Shown here: one piece after another, positions 1 through 10,258 of the stretch | How the letters are laid out: each line of letters starts with the position of its first letter | Numbering within the stretch: position 1 is the stretch's first letter | Source of the DNA: Geopsychrobacteraceae bacterium | GTDB taxonomy: Bacteria > Desulfobacterota > Desulfuromonadia > Desulfuromonadales > Geopsychrobacteraceae | Length of the DNA: 64,000 nt | NCBI GenBank assembly: GCA_963662315.1 | Contig: OY759353.1 | Coordinates: 2,080,001-2,144,000 of the forward strand | Direction: 5' to 3' | Translations under genes and position numbers: made by a program | The notes under the pieces: model-generated | Seen by the model: the letters and a program-made list of their open reading frames with translations, nothing else | Database searches by the model: none | Told to the model about the DNA's origin: nothing

Positions 1-542
1 TGGGCAGACTGGTCTGTGACCTATATCAGCTGTCCATGTCAGATCTTGGGGCGTTGAGCTACCGTAAGAAAATCATCAACGCCACGGCTTTGCTGCACGA
101 TGTCATCGACAGCTATAAAGACGAAATACAGAACCGACAGGTCCGTTTTTTGGGAATGGCCTCTCCAAAGCGACCGATATACGTGTTTGCCGATCCCGAG
201 CGGCTGCATCAGCTTTTTAGCAACGTGCTGGATAACTCACTGAAATATACAGATCCCGGCGGATATCTTAAAATCGTCACCAGCAAAGGCAGAGAAAATC
301 TCGAAATTAACATTCAGGACTCGGCGCCTTCCATACCGGAAACGGCTCTAGACAAGATATTCAACCGCTTTTTCCGCATCGAATCGTCACGAAACAGAGA
401 AACCGGGGGGGCCGGTCTAGGGTTGGCTATTTGCCGCAATATAATCGAAGCACACCAGGGATTTATTCGAGCTGAGCAATCACCACTGGGTGGACTCTGG
501 ATAAAAATATCCCTGCCGCATATGAGAAAAACCCATGTCTGA
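1..542 (+). CDS. Sensor histidine kinase, BaeS-like (C-terminal HATPase part; 5' end lies outside the window)
   Basis: N-box (LHQLFSNVLDNSLKY) and G2-box (GGAGLGLAI); overlaps the downstream response regulator. Confidence 0.9.
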   Translation, partial: GRLVCDLYQLSMSDLGALSYRKKIINATALLHDVIDSYKDEIQNRQVRFLGMASPKRPIYVFADPERLHQLFSNVLDNSLKYTDPGGYLKIVTSKGRENLEINIQDSAPSIPETALDKIFNRFFRIESSRNRETGGAGLGLAICRNIIEAHQGFIRAEQSPLGGLWIKISLPHMRKTHV

Positions 543-1218
543 TAAAATCCTTATCATCGAAGATGAAGAGAAGTTTGCTTGCCTTCTCAAAGACTATCTG
601 GTTCAGGCCGGCTACGAAACGGTATGTGTTGACAACGGCAACAAGGCGGTCGCAGCGGTCAAGGAACACCAACCCTCTCTACTGTTGCTGGATTTAATGC
701 TGCCTGGCCGCGATGGACTTGAAATCTGTCGTGAAATTAGGGTATTTTCCACTATCCCTATCATTATGATCACAGCCAGAGCAGAAGAGATTGATCGTAT
801 TCTTGGTCTGGAAATGGGCGCCGATGATTACATCTGCAAACCATTCAGCCCTCGTGAGGTCGTTGCACGCGTCAAGACCGTTATGAGGCGGGCAACGCAG
901 TCTGTCGATAACTCAGTCACAGGGTTGGTTCTTGACAGCAGTCGCTACCAGGCAACCCTCAATAGCAACCCGCTCGACTTGACGGCAATTGAATTTAAAC
1001 TCTTGCAATTTCTTGCCGGACATCCTGGCCAGATCTTTAGCCGGCAGGCTCTCATGGACAAAATCTATCAGGATGAAAGGGTTGTGTCCGATCGGACGAT
1101 TGACAGTCATATCAAAAAATTACGAAAAAAAATGACCACCTGCGCTCCTCACGTACACCTGATTCATTCGGTTTATGGTGTCGGCTATAAATTTGAATAC
1201 GATGAGCTCACCCCATAA
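535..1218 (+). CDS. baeR: OmpR-family response regulator, BaeR-like
   Basis: Receiver domain (LLDLMLPG, DYICKPFSPREV) plus winged helix (RTIDSHIKKLRKK, SVYGVGY). Confidence 0.85.
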   Translation: MSDKILIIEDEEKFACLLKDYLVQAGYETVCVDNGNKAVAAVKEHQPSLLLLDLMLPGRDGLEICREIRVFSTIPIIMITARAEEIDRILGLEMGADDYICKPFSPREVVARVKTVMRRATQSVDNSVTGLVLDSSRYQATLNSNPLDLTAIEFKLLQFLAGHPGQIFSRQALMDKIYQDERVVSDRTIDSHIKKLRKKMTTCAPHVHLIHSVYGVGYKFEYDELTP

Positions 1219-1249
1219 GTTAAAGATTGACAACAAATAGGAGACGGCA

Positions 1250-1876
1250 ATGCTTCCGTTTGATACCCTGCTCACCTTTTTTGCCGCAGCTTTATTATTA
1301 GGACTTGCCCCAGGGCCTGACAACATCTTTGTGTTAACCCAGGCTGCGGTGCGTGGTCGTTTAGCCGGAATCATTATCATGCTGGGCTTATGCACCGGGC
1401 TGATCGGTCACACTCTGGCGGTCGCCTTTGGGGTAGCCGTTATCTTTCAGACCTCCGCCCTGGCCTTTTCCACCCTCAAATATATCGGGGCCGGATATCT
1501 TCTTTACCTGGCCTGGCAGGCGTTCAAAGCCCCCGCTATTGCCCCACAGGGCGCTGGGAAATCGACAGATTCCCTGAAAAAACTATACTTGCGTGGTATC
1601 ATCATGAACATCACCAACCCCAAAGTCTCAATCTTCTTCCTCGCCTTCCTGCCCCAGTTCACCGATCCTCAGCATGGTCCTGTTTCAGTGCAAATCCTCC
1701 TGCTCGGTGGTCTGTTTATTGTCGCAACTTTATTTGTCTTTGGTCTTATTGCCCTGCTGGCCGGATCACTTGGCCGCCTGTTGTTGCGCTCTGAAAAGAT
1801 GCAAAAATTGATGAATAAAGGGAGCGCCTTCATTTTCTTGGGTCTCGCCCTGCGCCTTGCAACGGTAAAAAGATAG
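1250..1876 (+). CDS. LysE/RhtB family amino-acid exporter
   Basis: PGPDN and NPK motifs, hydrophobic, 208 aa. Confidence 0.9.
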   Translation: MLPFDTLLTFFAAALLLGLAPGPDNIFVLTQAAVRGRLAGIIIMLGLCTGLIGHTLAVAFGVAVIFQTSALAFSTLKYIGAGYLLYLAWQAFKAPAIAPQGAGKSTDSLKKLYLRGIIMNITNPKVSIFFLAFLPQFTDPQHGPVSVQILLLGGLFIVATLFVFGLIALLAGSLGRLLLRSEKMQKLMNKGSAFIFLGLALRLATVKR

Positions 1877-1917
1877 ATACGACTCAGTAAAGCCATTATT
1901 CCATATTGCATAATCAA

Positions 1918-1933
1918 ATGCATTTATGCATAA
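1918..1933. promoter_or_regulatory. ATGCA-N4-TGCAT palindrome, candidate activator-binding/autoregulatory site
   Basis: atgcatttatgcataa; the same motif recurs at 3680-3697. Confidence 0.45.
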
Positions 1934-1941
1934 TATCTCCC

Positions 1942-3675
1942 ATGAAAATTATCTCTCTTAATTTCCGGGCACAAGGACTCCTTGATGCGACCGGCCGCAA
2001 TATTGTCACTACAGACCGTGATGGGACCGTGGTATTGGTCAGCAAACTTGCCCGGGAAATCCTCGATCTGGTCCCGGGAATACCGCTGGAATCAGCCTTC
2101 CCAGGCTTTTGGCTGCAGGTTAACAAAGTCCTCGAAGGAACTTTGGAGAGTTGCGAAATCCCCCTGCAACTTGGCTCACGCGAATACCTGGTCGGGGTCA
2201 ACCCAATCATGGAAGAAGGTCAGATCAAAGGTTCCGTCTGCGTGCTGGTCGACAGCACCCAACTCGACACCATGACCCGCCGCCTGCCATCCTTTAATAC
2301 CCTGTCGCGCGAACTCAATACCATTATCGATTCATCATCCGACGGCCTGTTCGTCTGCGATGGCGACGCCAACGTCATCCGCATGAATCCAGCCTCGGAA
2401 AAAATCCATAAACTGCCCGCCAGCGAGATTATCGGTCGCAACATGCGCGAACTGATCGAAAGCGGCTTTATTGACCGGTCCGCAGCCCTGGAAGCCAGCA
2501 TCAGGAAAGAACGCGTCAGTCAACTCCAGAACAAAGACGGGCGCAAACTCATCTCCATTGCGACCCCCGTGTTTGACGACCACAACAACCTTGTCAGGGT
2601 TGTTGTCAGTGAACGAGACATCACTGAAATCGACAATTTACAACGTGAACTTGAAAAACAGGAAGGGATCCGAGACGGCTTTCGTGACCAGATGCTGGCC
2701 ATGCAGCAAGCCGAACTCGAGGCCCAGCAGATCATTGCCCGCAGCCCTTCCATGCTGAAAGCCATTCAGCAGGCCCTCAAGGTTGCCAAAGCAGATTCAT
2801 CGGTACTCCTGCTGGGAGAGTCAGGAGTCGGCAAAGGGTTGTTTGCCGACATGATCCACAAGCACTCCCCGCGTAGCGCCGAGCCCTTGATCAAGATTAA
2901 TTGCGGCGCCATCCCGGAATCACTTATCGAAGCGGAACTGTTCGGCTACGAAAAGGGGGCCTTTACCGGTGCCCTGGACAGCGGCAAACCAGGCCAGTTT
3001 GAGTTGGCGGATGGCGGCACCTTATTTCTTGACGAAATTGCCGAACTCCCACCGTCATCCCAGGTCAAGCTGTTACGCTTTCTCGAAGACGGCCGCATTA
3101 CCAGGCTTGGCGCGACAAAAAGTCGCGGCCTCAACGTACGCGTCCTGGCCGCCACTCACCAGGACATGGAAGCCTTGGTCAAACAAGGCAAATTCCGCCT
3201 CGATCTGTATTACCGACTCAATGTTATCCCAATCCAGATACCTGCGCTACGCGAACGCAACGACTGCATTGTCCCCCTGATCCGCCATTATATTGAACAT
3301 TTTTCCGGCCACAGCAAATCACGCAAACGCTTGACCCGGGCCGCTCTTGACGCCCTGACCAGCTACCCCTACCCTGGCAACGTCCGCGAACTCATGAACA
3401 TCTGCGAACGTCTTGTGGTTATGGCCGACTCGGAAGTTATCGATATTCAAGACCTCCCGGCGCAGATCAGCAGACACGCCATCCCGGAACCTCACACTCT
3501 GGTCAGCACCATCCCGGAGAATCTGTCACTGCCAGAAGCATTGGATCGCATCGAAAAACAGATTCTGGAGCAGGCGCAGGCAACCCATCAGAATCAATGG
3601 GATATAGCCAAAGCTCTGGGCATTAATCAATCGACGGTTGCCAGAAAGCTGAAAAAGCACAAGCTAAACCAATGA
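1942..3675 (+). CDS. PAS-containing sigma54-dependent activator (TyrR/RocR/PrdR-like)
   Basis: PAS, Walker A GESGVGKG, GAFTGA, C-terminal HTH; start codon uncertain. Confidence 0.9.
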   Translation: MKIISLNFRAQGLLDATGRNIVTTDRDGTVVLVSKLAREILDLVPGIPLESAFPGFWLQVNKVLEGTLESCEIPLQLGSREYLVGVNPIMEEGQIKGSVCVLVDSTQLDTMTRRLPSFNTLSRELNTIIDSSSDGLFVCDGDANVIRMNPASEKIHKLPASEIIGRNMRELIESGFIDRSAALEASIRKERVSQLQNKDGRKLISIATPVFDDHNNLVRVVVSERDITEIDNLQRELEKQEGIRDGFRDQMLAMQQAELEAQQIIARSPSMLKAIQQALKVAKADSSVLLLGESGVGKGLFADMIHKHSPRSAEPLIKINCGAIPESLIEAELFGYEKGAFTGALDSGKPGQFELADGGTLFLDEIAELPPSSQVKLLRFLEDGRITRLGATKSRGLNVRVLAATHQDMEALVKQGKFRLDLYYRLNVIPIQIPALRERNDCIVPLIRHYIEHFSGHSKSRKRLTRAALDALTSYPYPGNVRELMNICERLVVMADSEVIDIQDLPAQISRHAIPEPHTLVSTIPENLSLPEALDRIEKQILEQAQATHQNQWDIAKALGINQSTVARKLKKHKLNQ

Positions 3676-3679
3676 CCGG

Positions 3680-3697
3680 TTATGCATATTTGCATAA
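3680..3697. promoter_or_regulatory. TTATGCA-N4-TGCATAA palindrome, candidate upstream activating sequence
   Basis: Perfect 7-bp arms about 140 bp upstream of a sigma54 promoter. Confidence 0.55.
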
Positions 3698-3838
3698 TCG
3701 GTATCGATCCCCTTCTCCATTTTTTTCATCACTTCCAACTTGCGCTTCAGGTTCCCTGCGATAAGCTATTCTAAAGATATTGTTTTTCGGGCGCTTTACC
3801 GACACAACCAGTCAATTCCCCATACCTAAAAAAGCCAT

Positions 3839-3854
3839 TGGCACAGCCTTTGCT
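3839..3854 (+). promoter_or_regulatory. sigma54 -24/-12 promoter of the proline catabolic operon
   Basis: TGGCAC-AGCCT-TTGCT, consensus match. Confidence 0.85.
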
Positions 3855-3919
3855 TTACAGAAAGACACGTATTCACATTGGAATAATTTTCTCGTTTAAT
3901 GAAACCGAAGAGGAGAATC

Positions 3920-5569
3920 ATGAATCTTCTAAACAATGCAACTGTCAGCGTACCCCTGCCGCAGAACGAACCCAACCTAACCTATGCGCCCGGCACCCCG
4001 GAGCGCGCCCAGCTTAAAGCAGCCCTTGAAGAACTCAAGGCAAAGCAGATCGAGGTTCCCCTTATTATCGGTGGCAAAGAGGTGCGTACCGGCGACACAG
4101 CAAAGATCGCCTGCCCCCATGATCATTCGATTAATCTTGGCACTTATCATAAAGCCGGTCCCAAAGAAGTGCAGATGGCCATTGATGCCGCCATGGCCGC
4201 CAAACCGGTCTGGGAAAGCCTGCGCTGGGAAGAACGCGCCGCAATCTTCTTAAAAGCAGCCGACCTGCTTGCTGGCCCTTACCGCTTCCTGCTCAATGCT
4301 GCGACCATGCTCAACATCAGCAAGAACCCCTTCCAGGCGGAAATCGACTCGGCTTGCGAGCTGATCGACTTTTTACGTTTCAACGTTTACTTTGCTCAGC
4401 AGGTCTATGCCGACCAGCCGATGCACAACTCCCGCTTTACCTGGAACTACGTTCAGCACCGCCCCATGGAGGGCTTTATTTTCGCCGTTGCGCCGTTCAA
4501 CTTTACCGCCATTGCCGGCAACCTGCCGACCGCACCAGCGATTATGGGGAACACTGTGGTCTGGAAACCAGCCTCTTCTGCCGTATATGCTCCTTACTAC
4601 TTCATGAAACTGCTTCAGGAAGCGGGCCTGCCTGATGGTGTTATCAACTTTGTTCCCGGTTCCGGCAGTAATGTTGGCGATACCGTTTTGAACAGTCCCG
4701 ACTTTGCCGGCATTCATTTCACCGGCAGTACCGGCGTCTTCCAGGGGATGTGGAAAACCATCGGCAACAATCTGGCTGAGAACAGATATAAAACCTACCC
4801 ACGTATCGTCGGCGAAACCGGCGGTAAAGACTTTATCTTTGCCCACAAATCCGCAGATGCCAAAGCCTTGGCAACGGCCGTTGTGCGCGGTGCTTTCGAA
4901 TTCCAGGGGCAGAAATGTTCCGCTGCATCCCGCGCCTACATTCCAGAATCCCTGTGGCAACCGGTGATGGATGAAATCAAGGCCCAGACCGACCGTATCA
5001 AGATGGGTGATGTCTGCGATTTCCGCAATTTCTTCAATGCGGTTATCGATAAGGCCGCCTTCAAGAGCATTACGGCGTACATCGACTACGCCAAAGCAGC
5101 GGACGATGCCGAGATCGCCATCGGTGGCCACTATGATGACAGCAAGGGCTGGTTCATCGAACCAACCATCATCACCACCACCAATCCGAAGTTCAAAACG
5201 ATGGAAGAGGAGATCTTCGGCCCGGTCATGACCATGTACTGCTACAAAGATGATGAGTACGAAGCCGCCCTGGAACTGTGTGACCAGACCAGTGAATACA
5301 GCCTGACCGGCGCCCTGTTCGCTCAGGACCGTACCGCCATCAGCTTTGGCATGGGCAAACTGACCAACGCTTCGGGCAACTTCTACATTAACGACAAACC
5401 GACCGGTGCCGTTGTCGGCCAACAACCGTTCGGTGGTGGCCGTGCCTCCGGGACCAACGACAAGGCCGGCAGCAAACAGAATCTGATGCGCTGGGTCTCG
5501 GTACGGACTGTTAAGGAAAACTTCGTACCGCCAACAACCTTTGAATATCCATTTATGGATGCCGAATAA
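3920..5569 (+). CDS. pruA: L-glutamate gamma-semialdehyde (P5C) dehydrogenase
   Basis: ALDH motifs FTGS, GETGGK, GQKCSA, EEIFGP, GTNDKAG; RBS AGGAG. Confidence 0.95.
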   Translation: MNLLNNATVSVPLPQNEPNLTYAPGTPERAQLKAALEELKAKQIEVPLIIGGKEVRTGDTAKIACPHDHSINLGTYHKAGPKEVQMAIDAAMAAKPVWESLRWEERAAIFLKAADLLAGPYRFLLNAATMLNISKNPFQAEIDSACELIDFLRFNVYFAQQVYADQPMHNSRFTWNYVQHRPMEGFIFAVAPFNFTAIAGNLPTAPAIMGNTVVWKPASSAVYAPYYFMKLLQEAGLPDGVINFVPGSGSNVGDTVLNSPDFAGIHFTGSTGVFQGMWKTIGNNLAENRYKTYPRIVGETGGKDFIFAHKSADAKALATAVVRGAFEFQGQKCSAASRAYIPESLWQPVMDEIKAQTDRIKMGDVCDFRNFFNAVIDKAAFKSITAYIDYAKAADDAEIAIGGHYDDSKGWFIEPTIITTTNPKFKTMEEEIFGPVMTMYCYKDDEYEAALELCDQTSEYSLTGALFAQDRTAISFGMGKLTNASGNFYINDKPTGAVVGQQPFGGGRASGTNDKAGSKQNLMRWVSVRTVKENFVPPTTFEYPFMDAE

Positions 5570-5653
5570 AGGGTAACAACCTGGTCGACAGTCCTCGGCA
5601 CAGAGCCGGGGACTGCCATACATCATTAAATTTGCGACCAACAGGAAATCGCC

Positions 5654-6562
5654 ATGTCTCTTTTTAACTTTTTCGTATCAAAAACCATCATGCATGTCCC
5701 CAAGCCGATCGTCAGCTACTTCGCAAAGGGATATATTGCAGGGTCAGATCTTGACGACGCCGTCAGAGTCACCAAAGACCTCAATGCCCAAGGAATCATG
5801 ACCACCATCGATATCCTTGGCGAATTCATCACCAAAATCGAGCAAGCTGAAGCGTTTAAAAACAACGGTCTCGAAATTCTGCAGGCCATTGACAAACACA
5901 AACTCAACGCCAACCTGTCCATCAAACCAACCCAGATGGGGTTGCTGTTGAACAAAGAGCGCTGCTTCGAGTTTATTCGTGAACTGGTTGCAGAGGCCAA
6001 GCGGATTAACAATTTCATCCGCATCGACATGGAAGACATTCCCACCACCAATGACACCCTGGAATTCTACGATAAACTGCGCAAAGAATTCCCCGGTCAT
6101 GTTGGTACAGTCCTGCAGGCCTATCTGCATCGCACCCCGCAGGATGTTATCGACCATGCTGAAGGGTACCAGAACTACCGCCTGTGCAAAGGGATTTATA
6201 TCGAACCGCGCCTGCATGCCTGGAAAAACCATCAGTCGATTAACCACAACTATATCCAGTCACTGGAACTGATGTTCAAGCAAGGCGCTTATGTTGGCAT
6301 CGCAACACATGATGAACAACTGGTTTGCGAAGCCATGTCACTGATCCGCCGCATGGGCCTCAAACCTGATCAGTACGAGTTCCAGATGCTGCTTGGCGTT
6401 GATGAAGAGCTGCGTCAGATCATACTCAAAAACGGCCATCGCCTGCGCATTTACGTCCCTTATGGCAAAGACTGGCTCCCCTACTCCAAGCGCCGGCTGA
6501 AAGAGAATCCTTTTATTGCTCAGCATGCTTTGAGACAATTATTGGGAATCAAGAAAAACTAA
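5654..6562 (+). CDS. Monofunctional proline dehydrogenase
   Basis: RIDMED, LQAYL, RLCKGIY, IATHD, EFQML, YVPYG..W..Y..RRL.E motifs. Confidence 0.93.
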   Translation: MSLFNFFVSKTIMHVPKPIVSYFAKGYIAGSDLDDAVRVTKDLNAQGIMTTIDILGEFITKIEQAEAFKNNGLEILQAIDKHKLNANLSIKPTQMGLLLNKERCFEFIRELVAEAKRINNFIRIDMEDIPTTNDTLEFYDKLRKEFPGHVGTVLQAYLHRTPQDVIDHAEGYQNYRLCKGIYIEPRLHAWKNHQSINHNYIQSLELMFKQGAYVGIATHDEQLVCEAMSLIRRMGLKPDQYEFQMLLGVDEELRQIILKNGHRLRIYVPYGKDWLPYSKRRLKENPFIAQHALRQLLGIKKN

Positions 6563-7099
6563 TAATTTCAGGATCTTCTTGCGATTATCCTGACCGGGGT
6601 GGTACAAACACTCCAAACATTTTGTGATTCGATTGACGGGTGACCAAACCCTTTAGCCATCCGTCAATCGCTATGTTGATGACGAAACAAACTCTGCTCC
6701 ACAAACCACTTGGCAAACCTGGTAAGATTATGTCACCAGTGGCCTGCTTCAGAAAAAATCTGGTCTCAATGGCGAGACCGATCACCAATATTCATTGATC
6801 ATTCGAGAATGGCCTCGACGTGTTGGATCGTGCCAACATAGGGGAGCAACAAAGGACAATAACCCGGTTGCAAGCGCATCATAACCGGGGCAGAAATTTG
6901 TCCCGCGCCCCCCCAAAAGGCGTAGTTGTTTCTGCAATATAGCTATAGAAAAGCGTTTTAATTCAGCTTTTTCAGCAGTATAAAATAGCCAGCAAAGGAC
7001 ATGATTAACACTGGCGACATTTTCGTTGACCGATGAAAATCGGAAAGGTAACCTTCATCAAAACGATGTTTAAAACCATCAAACAAGGAGGCAACAAAC

Positions 7100-8230
7100 A
7101 TGAAGAAGCAGTTCCGTAATCTAGTACTCACTCTGTGCGCTATCGCTCTAACGGCCGGGCTGTCATGGGCCGACACACTGAAGGTCGGTGTTCAGGCTCC
7201 GATTACCGGCAGTTACGCCAATGAAGGACAGGGTATCGACAATGGTGTTCGTTTGCTCGCCGAACAGATCAATGCCAAAGGTGGGGTTTTGGGCAAGCAA
7301 ATTGAAGTCATCACCTGTGACGATCAGGGAACCGCAATGGCCGCAGCAATCTGCGCCAAAGACCTGGTCAACAAGGGTGTTTCCATGGTTATCGGTTCCT
7401 ACACCTCAACCTGCGCCGAAGCTGCTCAGAAAACCTACTACAAAGCCGGTGTCCTGCAGACCTCTGACGGCACCGCTGATGCGTTGACCGAAAAAGGTTA
7501 CTGGACCTTCCTGCGCAACTCTTTCCCCAACAGCGCCGAAGCCGAATTCGCCGCCAACTACCTGGTCAATGTCAAGAAATATAAGCGTATCGTGGTTCTT
7601 TCAGACTTCTCCACCTACGCTGATGGTCTGGCCAATGCCACCGAAGCCGCCATTAAAAAGATGGGTGGTCATGTTGTTTCCCGTGACAAGATCAAAGCAG
7701 ACTCACAGAACTTCACTCCAGTTCTGACCAACATCAAATCCAAGAACCCTGATGCTATCTTCTTCGCTGGTTATTATTCTGACGGCGGCCAGCTACGCTC
7801 CCAGCAAATCGCTCTTGGTATCAAAGCGGACTTCTACGGTGGCGATGCCAACGACAACCCTGACTTCGTGAAACTGGCCGGTTCTGCTGCCGAAGGTGCA
7901 TTCATCATCAATGTCCCTGAGCCTGCTGCCCTGCCCACCCCGATCGCCAAGTCCTTCATCGCTGATTACCAGAAAAAATATGGTGAAATGCCGCCTTCAA
8001 TCTGGGGCCTGATGAATATTGACGGTATGCGTGCCATTATTCACGCCATGGAGCAGAACAAAGGGTTTGACACCAAAAAAGCGGTCGAGTATCTGCAGAA
8101 CATGCCAAGCCCTCTGGACGGCATCACCGGTCCTATCGCCTTTGCCAAAGACGGTAACCGCAGAGGCGGCGCTTATGTGGTTAAAAGGGTTCAGGCTGAT
8201 GGCAGTTATGCTAACGAGTACGTCCAATAA
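7100..8230 (+). CDS. livK: Branched-chain amino acid-type ABC transporter substrate-binding protein (possibly proline)
   Basis: Signal peptide, INAKGGVLGKQIE motif, liv operon context. Confidence 0.88.
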   Translation: MKKQFRNLVLTLCAIALTAGLSWADTLKVGVQAPITGSYANEGQGIDNGVRLLAEQINAKGGVLGKQIEVITCDDQGTAMAAAICAKDLVNKGVSMVIGSYTSTCAEAAQKTYYKAGVLQTSDGTADALTEKGYWTFLRNSFPNSAEAEFAANYLVNVKKYKRIVVLSDFSTYADGLANATEAAIKKMGGHVVSRDKIKADSQNFTPVLTNIKSKNPDAIFFAGYYSDGGQLRSQQIALGIKADFYGGDANDNPDFVKLAGSAAEGAFIINVPEPAALPTPIAKSFIADYQKKYGEMPPSIWGLMNIDGMRAIIHAMEQNKGFDTKKAVEYLQNMPSPLDGITGPIAFAKDGNRRGGAYVVKRVQADGSYANEYVQ

Positions 8231-8250
8231 CATCAGCTAAGTCGCGTTAC

Positions 8251-8288
8251 AGGGCGGAGGGAATAGCACCAGATCTCCGCCCTTTTTA
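8251..8288 (+). terminator. Hairpin plus U-tract after the SBP gene
   Basis: gggcggag...ctccgccc followed by ttttt. Confidence 0.6.
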
Positions 8289-8405
8289 TGCCTGAAATAG
8301 CAAAATCCGCACCACCGCTGCCCCTCAGACGCGAGCAAAGGACTTGGTTAATGTCCTGGATTCGCGTCTGCAAGGCAGCATGAAATACTAACCCGGAGAA
8401 GTTAT

Positions 8406-9302
8406 ATGGACATTTTTCTGCAACAATTGGCTAATGGTCTGACAATCGGCAGCATGTTTGCTCTGGTCGCCCTCGGCTACACCATGGTCTATGGTGTCAT
8501 GAAATTGATTAACTTTGCCCATGGTGACATGGTTGCCGCCTCAGCCTTTGTCGGCCTGACCATTTACACCCAGGTCATGGGGCAGGCAACCTCCCTTGGC
8601 GCGGTCATTGTCATTTTCCTGTTGTCTGCCGTTATCATGGCCTGCGTCGGTGTTATCCTCGAACGCGTTGCCTACCGCCCTTTGCGTACGGCACCACGTC
8701 TGTCTGCGGTCGTCTCGGCACTGGGTGCCAGCATGGTTATTCAGAATGGCATTATGCTGATCTGGGGCCCGCGCATGCGCATCTTCCCGGAGCTGGTCCC
8801 TCAGGTTTACTGGGATTTTGGTGGCGTTGTCATCAGCCTGATTCAGGTGCTGATCCTGGTTATCTCTCTGATCCTGATGATCTCTCTTTATATTTTTGTT
8901 GAAAAGACCCGCATGGGAGCGGCGATCCGCGCCAGTTCCATCGACCAGGATGCGGCACGCCTGATGGGGATCAACGTCAACAGCGTTATCGCACTGATCT
9001 TTATTATCGGTTCTTCGCTGGGAGCCATCGGCGGTCTGTTTGTCGGTCTGTATTACCGCGGTATCACCTTCAACATGGGGTGGCAGTATGGACTCTACGC
9101 TTTCATCGCTGCCATTCTGGGTGGCATCGGCAATATTCCGGGCGCAATGCTCGGAGGCGTTTTGCTTGGTCTGTTTAACGCCTTTATTGCCGGCTATGTC
9201 TCCAGTACCTGGTCAGATGCATTTACTTTCATTCTGTTGATTTTGATCCTGATCGTCCGTCCCACAGGGATTCTTGGCGAGCGCGTTGCGGAGAAAGTCT
9301 GA
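8406..9302 (+). CDS. livH: ABC transporter permease LivH
   Basis: ALGYTMVYG, INFAHG motifs. Confidence 0.92.
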   Translation: MDIFLQQLANGLTIGSMFALVALGYTMVYGVMKLINFAHGDMVAASAFVGLTIYTQVMGQATSLGAVIVIFLLSAVIMACVGVILERVAYRPLRTAPRLSAVVSALGASMVIQNGIMLIWGPRMRIFPELVPQVYWDFGGVVISLIQVLILVISLILMISLYIFVEKTRMGAAIRASSIDQDAARLMGINVNSVIALIFIIGSSLGAIGGLFVGLYYRGITFNMGWQYGLYAFIAAILGGIGNIPGAMLGGVLLGLFNAFIAGYVSSTWSDAFTFILLILILIVRPTGILGERVAEKV

Positions 9303-10258
9303 TGAAAAATTTAGAACGTTACGGTCTACCGGCTTTTATTGTTGTCATGGGCATTCTGCCTCACCTGCTGAACGAACGCTGGCAGGCGGTTGCCATCACT
9401 TTTCTGGTATTCTCTGTCGTCGCCCTTTCGCAAGATATCGTGCTCGGTAAAAGCGGTATGTTCAACATGGGGCAGGCCCTGTTTTTTGGCATGGGCGCTT
9501 ATACCACCGCTATTCTGAATAACGAATTCGGCTGGCCAATAATTGCCACAATCCCCCTGGCCATCATTATTCCTGCCATTTTCGGTATTATCCTCGCCGG
9601 TCCAATTGTCCACCTGCGCGGCGACTACCTGCTGGTCACAACCATCGGTTTCAATATCGTCTTCGTCCAGGTCCTGCAAAACAACCTCGGTGGCGTAACC
9701 GGTGGCCCCAACGGGATTTTCGGGCTTGATTCCCTCAGCCTGTTCAGTATGGATCTGATGAGTCAGGTCTCTGTTTACTACTTTGCCTTTATCGTCCTGC
9801 TCCTGACCCTGTGGATTATTCGTAACCTGGAGAAGAGCAAGCCCGGTCGCGCCCTGCACTACCTGAGGGAAGATCAGCTGGCTGCTGAAAGTATTGGCAT
9901 CAATACCCGCATTTACAAGATCTTCGCCTTTGGCCTGGGAGCTGGTATCGCAGGACTGGCCGGTACCGTCTACGCAACTCAGTACTCCGCCGTCAGCCCT
10001 GAAGCCTTTGAGTTCATACAGTCGGTTCTGTTCTTCAGTATTGTACTGGTCGGCGGCTCATCGATTCCGGGCGTATTACTGGGGGTTTTCGTCATGTTTG
10101 TACTTCCTGAAATTTTCCGGGAATTTGCGACCTGGCGTTACTTCATCTTTGGTTTTGCGATGATTCTGGCCATGATCCTGCGCCCACGCGGCATCTGGCC
10201 GGCAACCTTTGGTAAAATCCCCAAGTTTTTGATTAAGGAAACCAACCATGGCGCATAA
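9302..10258 (+). CDS. livM: ABC transporter permease LivM
   Basis: LRGDYL, TGGPNG, RPRGI motifs. Confidence 0.92.
   Translation: MKNLERYGLPAFIVVMGILPHLLNERWQAVAITFLVFSVVALSQDIVLGKSGMFNMGQALFFGMGAYTTAILNNEFGWPIIATIPLAIIIPAIFGIILAGPIVHLRGDYLLVTTIGFNIVFVQVLQNNLGGVTGGPNGIFGLDSLSLFSMDLMSQVSVYYFAFIVLLLTLWIIRNLEKSKPGRALHYLREDQLAAESIGINTRIYKIFAFGLGAGIAGLAGTVYATQYSAVSPEAFEFIQSVLFFSIVLVGGSSIPGVLLGVFVMFVLPEIFREFATWRYFIFGFAMILAMILRPRGIWPATFGKIPKFLIKETNHGA

Noticed and set aside
4373..5641. 422-aa minus-strand ORF
   Set aside because: Antisense shadow of pruA with no recognisable motifs
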